From: a virus | Lineage: Duplodnaviria > Caudoviricetes | Strand: one strand, 5' to 3' | IMG/VR virus record: IMGVR_UViG_3300031994_000044 | Span: 42,308 to 106,307 of that record | Length of the DNA stretch: 64,000 nt | Shown here: one piece after another, positions 1 through 8,600 of the stretch | Position numbering within the stretch: the first letter of the stretch is position 1 | Layout: every line of letters begins with the position of its first letter | Notes under the pieces: model-generated | Database searches by the model: none | Seen by the model: the letters and a program-made list of their open reading frames with translations, nothing else | Told to the model about the DNA's origin: nothing | Program-made: the position numbers and the translations under genes

Positions 1-364
1 TTTCCTGTCTAATGTTTTCTTTAAGTATTCTTTTTACCGTTTCCATGACAATTTGTCTTAATTGACTTTCGTTAATGGTAATTTTATTGGATTTTTTCCT
101 TTCAATTAAAAAATTTAATTTTTTTGAATTTTCTTTGAAGAAATAGTCAAAGCAACTATCTATTAATTTTTCATTAGTCGCTGGATATTTTTTCATTAGT
201 ATATTTATATATGGTTTGGTTAGGTTAATAATTTCTTCTTTTGTATAAGGTTTCCCTTCGTCTTCTTTACTTCTAACACATGAGCCAATCATTCTAGTTA
301 TTTGTTTAGCTATTTTTGATATCATGTATTTCCCTTTATTGTATTTAAACTCTTCATTTATCAT
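1..364 (-). CDS. Hypothetical protein, partial (runs off left edge); possible head-internal protein
   Basis: Manual translation from ATG at 364 is open to base 1 (MINEEFKYNKGKY...KITINESQLRQIVMETVKRILKENIRQE). CTATTTAT motif at 382-389 lies upstream. Confidence 0.65.
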   Translation of the reverse strand, partial: MINEEFKYNKGKYMISKIAKQITRMIGSCVRSKEDEGKPYTKEEIINLTKPYINILMKKYPATNEKLIDSCFDYFFKENSKKLNFLIERKKSNKITINESQLRQIVMETVKRILKENIRQE

Positions 365-400
365 AAGACATTATTTTTATAATAAATAGTATGGATAACA

Positions 401-428
401 AAAAAGCACACCTTTTCAGATGTGCTTT
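401..428 (-). terminator. Intrinsic terminator after the R-M genes
   Basis: AAAAAGCACACCTTTTCAGATGTGCTTT: a hairpin followed by a U-run on the - strand. Near-identical to the hairpin at 29581-29606. Confidence 0.7.
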
Positions 429-435
429 AAATACT

Positions 436-1185
436 TTAGGCATTGTAAAATCTAACATTCCCTTCTTCATCTTCGTATATTACCAAAAAGGTAAATATGG
501 CTTCAATATTATCTATTGTCGTTTTATGAAGATGCAATTCGTCTAAATCCATAAAATATTTTATTGCCAATTCTTTTATATTAAACATCAACCTAAGACG
601 GTCTTCTCCTGAAACGTTTTTTGTGTCATTATTTGAAACATGTATTAAAAACAAACGATTATTAATTGAATATCTTCCTTTTTTATTTTTAAAGCCACTT
701 TGTCTTTTATACATATTTTCTCCAAGTGTTTGAAAATCTTCATATGTTACTTCATTTTTAATAATTTTTTGTTTTAAGATAAAATCATCTTTAAATACTC
801 TTGAAGATTTCAAGTCGAATTTAATGTTATGGGAAATAAAATCCCATCCTTTGGCTTTGCTAATCGGATTTGGTGACGCTCCATATTTTTGGAATAGTAA
901 TTCATCAATTTGGCTAAATTTTACGACTAAACAACGTCTTGTTAAATATTTTGCGATTTCTTTTGCTTTTTCGGTGCCTTTTAAATTATTATCATTAATG
1001 ACTTTGATTAATCCTTTTTTAAGGCCATCATAAGTATTTATCTGAAAAACATCCAATAATGAATCATATGCTTCATTTTGTACTTCGCACCATGGAAGTT
1101 GACCGTTATCTTTAGAAATAATACCATCAAATATTTTCTCAATGATTTCTTTACATCTGTTGATTTGACTTTCTAAGTCTAACAT
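436..1185 (-). CDS. Putative PD-(D/E)xK restriction endonuclease
   Basis: Contains a 'WDFISHNIKFDLKSS' D..DxK motif and overlaps the 3' end of the MTase. Start MLDLESQ at 1185 preferred over the track start at 1245. Confidence 0.5.
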   Translation of the reverse strand: MLDLESQINRCKEIIEKIFDGIISKDNGQLPWCEVQNEAYDSLLDVFQINTYDGLKKGLIKVINDNNLKGTEKAKEIAKYLTRRCLVVKFSQIDELLFQKYGASPNPISKAKGWDFISHNIKFDLKSSRVFKDDFILKQKIIKNEVTYEDFQTLGENMYKRQSGFKNKKGRYSINNRLFLIHVSNNDTKNVSGEDRLRLMFNIKELAIKYFMDLDELHLHKTTIDNIEAIFTFLVIYEDEEGNVRFYNA

Positions 1186-2116
1186 ACAATCTTCTGTACT
1201 TTTGGGTCCCATTGACAATATTGTCTTGATTACCCAATGGCCCATAATGGTCCAATTGAATCAATTCAAATTGAGATGGGTTATATTTTCCGAAGAATGA
1301 AATGGGAACTCCCATGTATCCATAATAATCGCACGGAATATCTTTCACCTTATCAACATTTATACAGTCTTCGTTAAGACCTGATATAGTTCTAAAATTA
1401 TCATAAAAAGGATATGCTTCATTATTTGGCGTTCCGTCCTCGTTATAATAACTTTTCTTGAGTTTTATAAACGGTTTTTCTATATCTAAATGTAATGTTG
1501 TATACCAAACAACACCTGATACACGGATTTTTCCTTCTATATGTTCACCTGCTGTTGCAATATCTTGATAATCAGTAGGTACATCGAACCATCCTGCAAT
1601 CCCTTTAAAACCATAATCAACAATAACACCATCGTCTTTAAGATGTGCAAAAACATCTTTACAAGAAATTGAATTTTGCTGACCAATGATTAAGAAATCT
1701 TTTTTCATTTCAATAAGTCCATTCAAAAAATCATTAAACAAACTAAAAGGCGGATTTGTGACTATAATATCGCTTAAAGAGGCTATCAGTCTATAGCCGG
1801 ATTTCATTATATCAACTTTTTCTATGACATTGCCATAACTATTAAGACTTACGGGTAATGTGTCTTTACCATTATAATAAGCAGCTTCTGTGTCAATAGA
1901 ACTGTAAAATAATCCCTTTAATTTAAATTTTTCAAAATTATCAATAAAATATTGTACGAATTTCGAATTTCTATTGTCACAAGGGCAATAAACCGTTTTT
2001 CCCTCAAATGCATGGAAAAATTTGTCACATTCGCTTTTTACATCTTCATATTGTGTGTAAAATTCGTCGTTTTTTTCTTTTCTTGCTTTAGTTAAATAAT
2101 TGTTCTTTAATGCCAT
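1151..2116 (-). CDS. Adenine-specific DNA methyltransferase, EcoRI-methylase family
   Basis: N-terminal 'AR..KNDEFYT', 'VYCPCD', catalytic 'DIIVTNPPFS', and C-terminal 'DIP.DYYGYMGVPISF..KYNP.QFE'. Confidence 0.85.
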   Translation of the reverse strand: MALKNNYLTKARKEKNDEFYTQYEDVKSECDKFFHAFEGKTVYCPCDNRNSKFVQYFIDNFEKFKLKGLFYSSIDTEAAYYNGKDTLPVSLNSYGNVIEKVDIMKSGYRLIASLSDIIVTNPPFSLFNDFLNGLIEMKKDFLIIGQQNSISCKDVFAHLKDDGVIVDYGFKGIAGWFDVPTDYQDIATAGEHIEGKIRVSGVVWYTTLHLDIEKPFIKLKKSYYNEDGTPNNEAYPFYDNFRTISGLNEDCINVDKVKDIPCDYYGYMGVPISFFGKYNPSQFELIQLDHYGPLGNQDNIVNGTQKYRRLYVRLRKSNQQM

Positions 2117-2117
2117 G

Positions 2118-2822
2118 TTATTTTAATATTTCTGAAGTTATTGAATTTTTGAGAGCTTCTGTACGTAATTTCTTTAAAGCGCCTTCTTTTATTTGTCTTA
2201 CTCTCTCTTTCGTTAATCCTAAATCCTTGCCGATTTCTTCTAAAGTTTTTTCTTTTTTCGAGTTAAAGCCAAAATAATTTGAAATAATTTTTTTCTCCCT
2301 TTCAGTTAACACATCCATTAATCGGCTTATAATTGACGCATCGTCATACATGTTTTCAAAATTATTTTCTTCAATGTATTCTTCAGGTGTTATTTCGTTT
2401 TTATCAGAATCATAATCGTTTGCGCCAAAACTTTCAGAAGACAACTCTTCACCATTTATCAGATTTCGTTTCTTTAATGCCTCTAATATTGTTTGCCTAA
2501 TCCACCATACGGAATAACTTATTGTTTTATAACCCATTTTATGGTCGAACTTATCTATTGCCTTTATCAATCCAATATTACCTTCAGCAATTAAATCAGA
2601 ATAAGAAAGTCCCATACCAATATAAGGTTTCGCTACTGAAGCAACAAATTTTAAATTTGATTTAATAATTTTATCTCGTGCGGTCAAATCATTTTCTTTT
2701 TTATATTTTTCCCATAAAGAAAACTCTTCTTCCCTCGATAATGGTGATAACTTATTCAATTCTTTAAAATAGTCGAATGCACTTCGGTCAAAATTTTCGA
2801 CTGTTTTTTTTCTTTTACGCAT
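2118..2822 (-). CDS. Phage-encoded sigma70-family RNA polymerase sigma factor
   Basis: Region 1.2 'LSREEE', region 2 'NLKFVASVAK.Y...DLIAEGNIGLIKAIDKFD...SYSVWWIRQ', and region 4 HTH 'TLEEIGKDLGLTKERVRQI'. Confidence 0.92.
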   Translation of the reverse strand: MRKRKKTVENFDRSAFDYFKELNKLSPLSREEEFSLWEKYKKENDLTARDKIIKSNLKFVASVAKPYIGMGLSYSDLIAEGNIGLIKAIDKFDHKMGYKTISYSVWWIRQTILEALKKRNLINGEELSSESFGANDYDSDKNEITPEEYIEENNFENMYDDASIISRLMDVLTEREKKIISNYFGFNSKKEKTLEEIGKDLGLTKERVRQIKEGALKKLRTEALKNSITSEILK

Positions 2823-2846
2823 TTTTCCATGTTAATTATTTTTAAG

Positions 2847-5204
2847 TTATTTTAATCTTGAAATATTACATTCCTTTATAATTGTTATTGTATCAGTATA
2901 CCAATCTAAATCAATATGGCATATATTTAATACAAAATCATAATATTCAGCAATCTTATCATAAAGTTTTTTCATACTATCATAATTTTCTTTTGCTACG
3001 GCCCCTAAAACTTCATCCAATAATATAAATGGCGGTCTTGATAATTTAGATAGTTTACCAAGAACGACACGCAATGCCAATGATGCTTGCGTTTTTTCAA
3101 GCCCAGAAGCGGCGGAAAGCCTTGTCTTAACATCGTCTCTTATTAGCAAGAAATCAATGTCGTTTTTCTCGTTCATGGTTATTTCAATGTTGAAATCAGC
3201 AACCTCATCAAGAAGTCTATTCAATTCACCGTTAATAATAGGTAATGTATGACGCAAAACCATCTTGCTAATTCCGTCTTTACCTATCATTTGTAAATAG
3301 AGTTTCCAATATTTTTCTGTTTTTCTTTCTTCGTCTATTTTAACTATAAAACTATTTTTTTGTGCAATGGTTTCTGTCGCTCTTGTTATCTCTTTTTCAT
3401 TTCTAGTTATTGTGTCGTTTGAGTCTTTTTTGATTTTCTCTTCAGTTTTAATATTGGTGTTAAGAACATTCACCTGAGCGTCTATTTCGCCATTTTTAGT
3501 TATAGCCTCTTTGCTTTTATTTACTTCAGCAAGCAATTGTGTCTGCTCTTTATACTCCAATCTCATGGAAGTAATATCGGACTTTATTGTTGCAATTTTT
3601 AATTCAAGTTTTGCTTTCTCTTGTGATTGCTTTCTCTTTTCCTCAATATCAGCAAGCAACTTTTCAACCTCGTCAAATCTGTTTTTGGCTGCAATACCTT
3701 CTTTTGTGAAGATTTCTATATTATTTTTGTTTTCAGCAATAAGACCTGAATTATCAACATTATCCAATTTTCTCTTGCAAGTTGGACAATATTCGGCTTT
3801 CTCTAAATTTGAATTTGTGTCATTTAAATGCTTTATATTGGCCTTTAACTCTGAAATTTTACTTATAAGTTGTGCCTTTTCAGTATTGAGACTCTTGTAT
3901 TCTTCTTCCGAATAATCAATATCCTTGTATTTGCTTAATTCATTGGTGAAATATTCAGATTCTTTATTTTTCTTTTTTCCTTCTTCAACAATATTTTTTA
4001 TTTTGGCTTCAAGCGTGGTTACATTGATTTTCAGCAAAGATGGGTCCACCTGTTGTTTTGAAGAAAGCAATATGTCCCTTGTGTTATTGTATTCAGTTAT
4101 TTTCTTTTCACACTCGGAAATTATTGCTTTGTTTTTCTCATTTTCATTAAAAAAGTCTGTTTTTGTTTCTTCAAGGGCCTTTATTTCTTCTTCAAGTTGT
4201 ACCTTATTATACATGTCAGAATAACGTCCGACAGAAATTTCTTTGTTCCATTTTTCTCTCGCCTTTACATCTTTGTCTTCAATAACAGACAAACCAATCC
4301 ATCGGGCAAGAAGCCTTCCCTTTTCGGTTTCAGTCAATGAAATTAAACTATCAAGGTCCTTTGCATTAGCACTTATAATTAAGTCAAAATCACTTTCAGT
4401 TCCAAGGGCCTCTTTAATGATTGCACTCGTTTCCTTTGCCGATGCTCCTTGTTGATTTTCGTCAGACAGTAATTCCTCAGTGCCGTCACTAAGTACCTTG
4501 TAATATTCGACCTTATTTGATATGGTTTTTGTCTTTTTACCGTTGGCAGGTCTTGTTAATGTTCTTTTAATAATGTAATCCTCGCCATCAATGTTTATAC
4601 ATCCTTCAACATTAAGTGTTCTTTCATCAGGCAAATAGTTGTTAAACAATTCGCTAAGAGTTTTAGCCTTATCTGTATTTGTTTTTCCGAACAGCAAAAA
4701 ATGTAAAATGTCATAGGCAAATGTAGATTTACCACTTTTATTAGCTGGTTCGCCATTTAAAAGAACTAATCCATGTAATTTTGTAAAATCAAAAAAGTTA
4801 TCAGGGCCATAACTTAAAAAGTTGTCCCATTTAACCCACTTAATCACATATGTTTTGGCCTTATTATATAAGGTATAGTCAATAAGAGCGTTTATTTGAC
4901 TGTCAATCTTTATAATCTCATTAAAATCAACATCTTCAATCTTGTTTTCAACAATATATTGTTTCATTAATTCTTGCTGAAATTTTGGCTCATTGATATT
5001 TTGTATTGAATCAGAAACAAGAGCGTCATTACCACTTGAAGTTATATATTTAGGTTTGACGGTAATATTCTTTGACGGTATACCATACTTGGAAGCCATC
5101 ATGGAAATTATACTCTTTTCCAACTCCTTTGAATAGTTTGTCGGTGCAACATTCCACTCAATGCAAACCTTTGCATCTTGACCTATTTCTATTTTCTTTC
5201 CCAT
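2847..5204 (-). CDS. SbcC/Rad50-like (T4 gp46-like) recombination ATPase
   Basis: 'NFLSYG', Walker A 'NKSGKST', long coiled coil with Zn hook CPTC, signature 'ASGLE', Walker B 'ILLDE', and 'ICH'. Confidence 0.9.
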   Translation of the reverse strand: MGKKIEIGQDAKVCIEWNVAPTNYSKELEKSIISMMASKYGIPSKNITVKPKYITSSGNDALVSDSIQNINEPKFQQELMKQYIVENKIEDVDFNEIIKIDSQINALIDYTLYNKAKTYVIKWVKWDNFLSYGPDNFFDFTKLHGLVLLNGEPANKSGKSTFAYDILHFLLFGKTNTDKAKTLSELFNNYLPDERTLNVEGCINIDGEDYIIKRTLTRPANGKKTKTISNKVEYYKVLSDGTEELLSDENQQGASAKETSAIIKEALGTESDFDLIISANAKDLDSLISLTETEKGRLLARWIGLSVIEDKDVKAREKWNKEISVGRYSDMYNKVQLEEEIKALEETKTDFFNENEKNKAIISECEKKITEYNNTRDILLSSKQQVDPSLLKINVTTLEAKIKNIVEEGKKKNKESEYFTNELSKYKDIDYSEEEYKSLNTEKAQLISKISELKANIKHLNDTNSNLEKAEYCPTCKRKLDNVDNSGLIAENKNNIEIFTKEGIAAKNRFDEVEKLLADIEEKRKQSQEKAKLELKIATIKSDITSMRLEYKEQTQLLAEVNKSKEAITKNGEIDAQVNVLNTNIKTEEKIKKDSNDTITRNEKEITRATETIAQKNSFIVKIDEERKTEKYWKLYLQMIGKDGISKMVLRHTLPIINGELNRLLDEVADFNIEITMNEKNDIDFLLIRDDVKTRLSAASGLEKTQASLALRVVLGKLSKLSRPPFILLDEVLGAVAKENYDSMKKLYDKIAEYYDFVLNICHIDLDWYTDTITIIKECNISRLK

Positions 5205-5205
5205 A

Positions 5206-5619
5206 TTATATTAAAATTCTAACTTTCTTGGATTTTGTTATTTTCTTTTCTTCTTCTGATTTTTTTTCTTCCGAAGTAACAGTTTCTTTTGATTGTTCTA
5301 TTTTAGCCAACACTTCGAATCCTTTTGGCTCTGACATTGGTTGTACTGGTATGATTTCATTTGCTGTTGGCATTGCTGGTATTTTGTGAATGTCAATAAC
5401 TAAATTTTTACTTGGTAATTCTTCATTAATCTGTTCGTTTTTCTGCACATTTATATGCTCGTTCTCTATAACGCCAAACGGTATGTCACCATATTTCAGT
5501 TCATTTAATGCCTTTTTAATTAAGTCATTACATAATGCAGATGGCTTGCGACCATTTAGGTCACAATATTGTTTAATTTCATTATATAAATCATCATTTA
5601 TTGATATGTTGTGTGCCAT
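5206..5619 (-). CDS. Hypothetical protein, possible N-terminal ribbon-helix-helix DNA-binding domain
   Basis: ORF abuts the gp46-like gene. 'NISINDDLYNEIKQYC..NG' resembles an RHH domain. Promoter motif at 5639-5648. Confidence 0.55.
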   Translation of the reverse strand: MAHNISINDDLYNEIKQYCDLNGRKPSALCNDLIKKALNELKYGDIPFGVIENEHINVQKNEQINEELPSKNLVIDIHKIPAMPTANEIIPVQPMSEPKGFEVLAKIEQSKETVTSEEKKSEEEKKITKSKKVRILI

Positions 5620-5638
5620 TTATTCTATAATTTTATTT

Positions 5639-5648
5639 AATATACAAA
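5639..5648 (-). promoter_or_regulatory. Putative early/middle promoter element TTTGTATATT (recurrent motif)
   Basis: The same motif occurs on the coding strand at 8543-8552(+), 41890-41899(-), 43156-43165(-), 47078-47087(-) and 49054-49063(-), with a variant at 6579-6588(-). Confidence 0.6.
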
Positions 5649-5717
5649 ATTTTATTCTTTTTTGCAAATTTTATTTACAATAATCATCTTATTTTTAATT
5701 TTTAGCAAAAAGAACCT

Positions 5718-6515
5718 ATGGAAAAAAATGAATATATATACCCAAGAACAATACTTGGACTTGATGTAAGTACAACTTGCATCGGCGTGTGCGTTGTTAA
5801 AGACAATGGTGATGCAGATAAGCCTGAATTACTGTATATCGGCCATATAACACCAAAAATATCAAGAAAAGTAAAAGGCATTGAATCTTTGTTTCTGAAA
5901 AAACAAATTTTTGAAACAGAATTTCTACCTAATATCTTAGAAAAATATAAAATAACCGATGTTATTATAGAAGAACCCTTATTATCTTCAAATAATGTAA
6001 ATACCGTTGCAACATTGCTTAGGTTTAACGGTATGATTTCAGAATCAATATACAAATTACTTTCTATTGTTCCAAATTTTATTTCCTCATATGATGCAAG
6101 ACTCTATTCTTTCCCCGAATTGGTGTCTGTTAGGAAATACAACAAAAAAGGTGAAGAATATCCTTTAAAACACATTAAAAAGGCAATTGAAGATAATAAA
6201 GCGGTCTTATTTGGCGCATATCCTTTTGATGTTGATAAGAAAACAGTTATGATGAACATGGTAAATGAAATGTACCATGACGGAGAAATTGAATGGCTCT
6301 ATAACAAAAACGGAGAATTGAAAAAAGAGAATTTCGATGCTTGTGATTCACTCATTTGCGCTTTGGCCTACATAAACATAAACCATCATGGACTTGAAGC
6401 AGTTAAAATTGACAATGTATCTTATTCAGAAACTTCGGAAAATAAAACAAAAATTGATTATGTTACCAAAATTTGGGATAAAATATATAATAAAACTATA
6501 ATACTTGAAAACTGA
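5718..6515 (+). CDS. RuvC-like Holliday junction resolvase
   Basis: 'ILGLDVSTTCIG' (first acidic residue), 'VIIEEP' (Glu) and 'FDACDSL' (Asp pair) match the RNase H/RuvC catalytic layout. Confidence 0.8.
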   Translation: MEKNEYIYPRTILGLDVSTTCIGVCVVKDNGDADKPELLYIGHITPKISRKVKGIESLFLKKQIFETEFLPNILEKYKITDVIIEEPLLSSNNVNTVATLLRFNGMISESIYKLLSIVPNFISSYDARLYSFPELVSVRKYNKKGEEYPLKHIKKAIEDNKAVLFGAYPFDVDKKTVMMNMVNEMYHDGEIEWLYNKNGELKKENFDACDSLICALAYININHHGLEAVKIDNVSYSETSENKTKIDYVTKIWDKIYNKTIILEN

Positions 6516-6548
6516 CATACTCCCACGATTGAAATCGTGGGGTTCTTA
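6512..6548 (-). mobile_element. IS200/IS605-like right-end hairpin relic (no transposase)
   Basis: The - strand reads AAGAACCCCACGATTTCAATCGTGGGAGTATGTCAG, with a perfect 8-bp stem CCCACGAT/ATCGTGGG followed by GTCA, as in IS605/TnpB right ends. Confidence 0.5.
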
Positions 6549-6615
6549 ACTTTTGGCAATTATATACCAGTTAACACAAATATACAATTTTTTCTTGAAA
6601 ATTCCAAACCTGCCA

Positions 6616-6623
6616 CTATTTAT
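6616..6623 (+). promoter_or_regulatory. Putative late promoter CTATTTAT (recurrent motif)
   Basis: The same coding-strand octamer lies upstream of genes at 382-389, 10449-10456, 29532-29539, 31985-31992, 36701-36708, 44084-44091, 48389-48396 and 61322-61329 (all -), and at 63980-63987 (+). Confidence 0.7.
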
Positions 6624-6658
6624 TAGAGAGCAATAAAAAGAATATAATAAATAAAAAC

Positions 6659-7453
6659 ATGGCAAGAAATAACCAAAAACTTATCAACTTCCACACAAGC
6701 GGCAATACAGAAGTGCCGTTGGAATCATTGTTCTACGGCGAAATCGCCGTAAGACACTGTTCAGGCGATTCAGCCGCTGAACTTATTATCAAAAACTCGG
6801 AAAACACAAGCGCTGTTTTCGTTGAAACGGCAAAAATGTGCATCGACTGCGGAACTTGGGACGGCGGAGATTCACACGAATATGTCGACCTTGGATTGCC
6901 TTCGGGTAAAAAATGGGCAACCTGCAATATAGGTGCTGAAAACCCCGAAGATGCAGGTTTGTATTTTCAATGGGGCGACACTCAAGGATATACCGCTGCA
7001 CAGGTAGGTACGGGAAAGATATTTGACTGGGAGCACTACAAATACAGCAACGATGATGGCTCTCAAATGACCAGATACAATTCAACAGATGGACTCACTG
7101 AATTGTTGCCTGAGGATGATGCTGCGACAGCAAATTGGGGCAGTGAATGGAAGATGCCTACATTGGCTGATATAGAGGAATTGACAACCGAGACCACTTA
7201 TAGTGTTGATACCGTCAATAATGTGTCAGGTATGAGATTCACTGGTAATGGCAATAGTATTTTTGTTCCTTTTGCTGGTGACGCTAACGGCAGTAATGTC
7301 AGTGACGTTGGCAGGGAAGGCTACTGTTGGTCAAGTTCTCTTAGTAGTGGGAGCATTAATAACGCTCATAGTCTTATCAATAATCAGGGGGATGCCTTCG
7401 CCGACCTCAGCGACCGTTACTTCGGCTTCTGTGTGCGTCCTGTGCGTGTTTAG
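6659..7453 (+). CDS. Tail-fibre/adhesin protein with C-type-lectin-like C-terminal domain; probable DGR target
   Basis: The N-terminus is paralogous to ORF 9148-10410. It continues 'HEYVDLGLPSG.KWATCNIGA..PE..G.YFQWG' and ends 'G.YCWSSS...R..GFCVRPVR'. GC is higher than in neighbours and the 3' end has a run of NNC codons. Confidence 0.75.
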   Translation: MARNNQKLINFHTSGNTEVPLESLFYGEIAVRHCSGDSAAELIIKNSENTSAVFVETAKMCIDCGTWDGGDSHEYVDLGLPSGKKWATCNIGAENPEDAGLYFQWGDTQGYTAAQVGTGKIFDWEHYKYSNDDGSQMTRYNSTDGLTELLPEDDAATANWGSEWKMPTLADIEELTTETTYSVDTVNNVSGMRFTGNGNSIFVPFAGDANGSNVSDVGREGYCWSSSLSSGSINNAHSLINNQGDAFADLSDRYFGFCVRPVRV

Positions 7454-7490
7454 AACCAATAAAAACAAACAAAAGAACAACTTATAAAAA

Positions 7491-7522
7491 TGGGGTGACA
7501 ATAATTTGCCACCCTTTCTTTT
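7491..7522. terminator. Terminator hairpin between convergent genes
   Basis: GGGTGACAA-TAAT-TTGCCACCC flanked by A and T runs. Confidence 0.7.
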
Positions 7523-8521
7523 TCATGATAAGAAAAAGCTGTTGTTTTTCATTCTTATCTTATATTTAGTTAATCCAGTATACTCAACTAATTCATCTTC
7601 AAGCCGTTTTCTTCTGTCACTCATTTTACTGAAATCACCTATAAAAATTGCTCTCTTTAATTTGTTTTTCTTTGAATATTTTTCAAGAAGATTGTAAAAT
7701 CTAATTGCGTCTTCGGGTGTTTTACAAAATATTAGGTCAATATGCCCATAATCTGATTTCATTACCACCTTATTCTTATATGTACAAATCATCTTGTTTT
7801 CATACTCGTCTCTAAAACCATCAAGTAATAGGTTTTGAAACACCCATAAAAATGTTTTCCTATCACTCTTCTTGTCATATCCCCATACCCAAAACTTTTC
7901 TTCCTTGAAATATCTGAATTTATCCAAAATAATCCATCCTTCGGCATTTGTCTTATGCTCTACCAAAACACCATATTCATTTGATAACATGGAAGATTCT
8001 TTATTCTCGTTTTTTTCAATAAGAATGTATTCGTCTATTGAATTTTTCAAACGATTATTCCCATATGAATTTATTGGAAATATGATATTTTTATTGTTTT
8101 CCTTTAATTCGTTGAATTTTTCATATGCATCTTTCACATTACGGTATTTGCCCATTAATTTGTTTTGCTTTCCGTTTTTGCAGGATATTATTTTGTATGC
8201 AAATGGCGGGAATGGAGCATATCCTCGCTTTTTGGGCGGTAATTTCTTTTTCTTTTTATATTTCTTTTTCGGCCCTGGTTTTTTTGGACGGCCAACGGGC
8301 CTTTTGTGCTTCTTTTTCTCGGCTTCACGCTCTTTGCGCTTCTTTTCCTTCTCTTTTTCTTTTTGCTTTAATTTTTCCTTTAGTTTTTTTGCCTTTTTAC
8401 ACCTTTTATAATATTCCTTTAGGCCCTTCTCCCTTTTTTCTTTGATAACACGCTTCCTGTACTCAGAAATCTTTCTGCGTCTCTCTCTTTCCTTTTCTGA
8501 TATTTCTAAATTTTCTTCCAT
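7523..8521 (-). CDS. Hypothetical protein with highly basic N-terminal region (AT-hook-like GRP)
   Basis: Long ORF with a K/R/E-rich helix and 'KRPVGRPKKPGPKKK'. Start MEENLE at 8521 preferred. Confidence 0.7.
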   Translation of the reverse strand: MEENLEISEKERERRRKISEYRKRVIKEKREKGLKEYYKRCKKAKKLKEKLKQKEKEKEKKRKEREAEKKKHKRPVGRPKKPGPKKKYKKKKKLPPKKRGYAPFPPFAYKIISCKNGKQNKLMGKYRNVKDAYEKFNELKENNKNIIFPINSYGNNRLKNSIDEYILIEKNENKESSMLSNEYGVLVEHKTNAEGWIILDKFRYFKEEKFWVWGYDKKSDRKTFLWVFQNLLLDGFRDEYENKMICTYKNKVVMKSDYGHIDLIFCKTPEDAIRFYNLLEKYSKKNKLKRAIFIGDFSKMSDRRKRLEDELVEYTGLTKYKIRMKNNSFFLS

Positions 8522-8600
8522 ATTTGCAATATTTAAAAAATATTTGTATATTTCTTTCAAAAATATAATAAAATAAATAATTTAATAAATAAAATTTTTT

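Noticed and set aside
1151-2116. Assigning GAATTC specificity to the EcoRI-family MTase
   Set aside because: Family membership does not fix the target, and the neighbouring nuclease does not visibly resemble R.EcoRI.
5718-6515. RuvC ORF as a TnpB/Cas12-like effector because of the adjacent IS605-like hairpin
   Set aside because: The first RuvC motif is at the extreme N-terminus, there is no REC/WED region or Zn finger, and the hairpin is in the opposite orientation. It fits a Holliday junction resolvase.
7260-7460. Complete DGR cassette (RT plus template repeat) within the window
   Set aside because: No ORF with RT motifs (YxDD) and no second AAC-rich copy of the variable region was found; intergenic gaps are too short to hold one.
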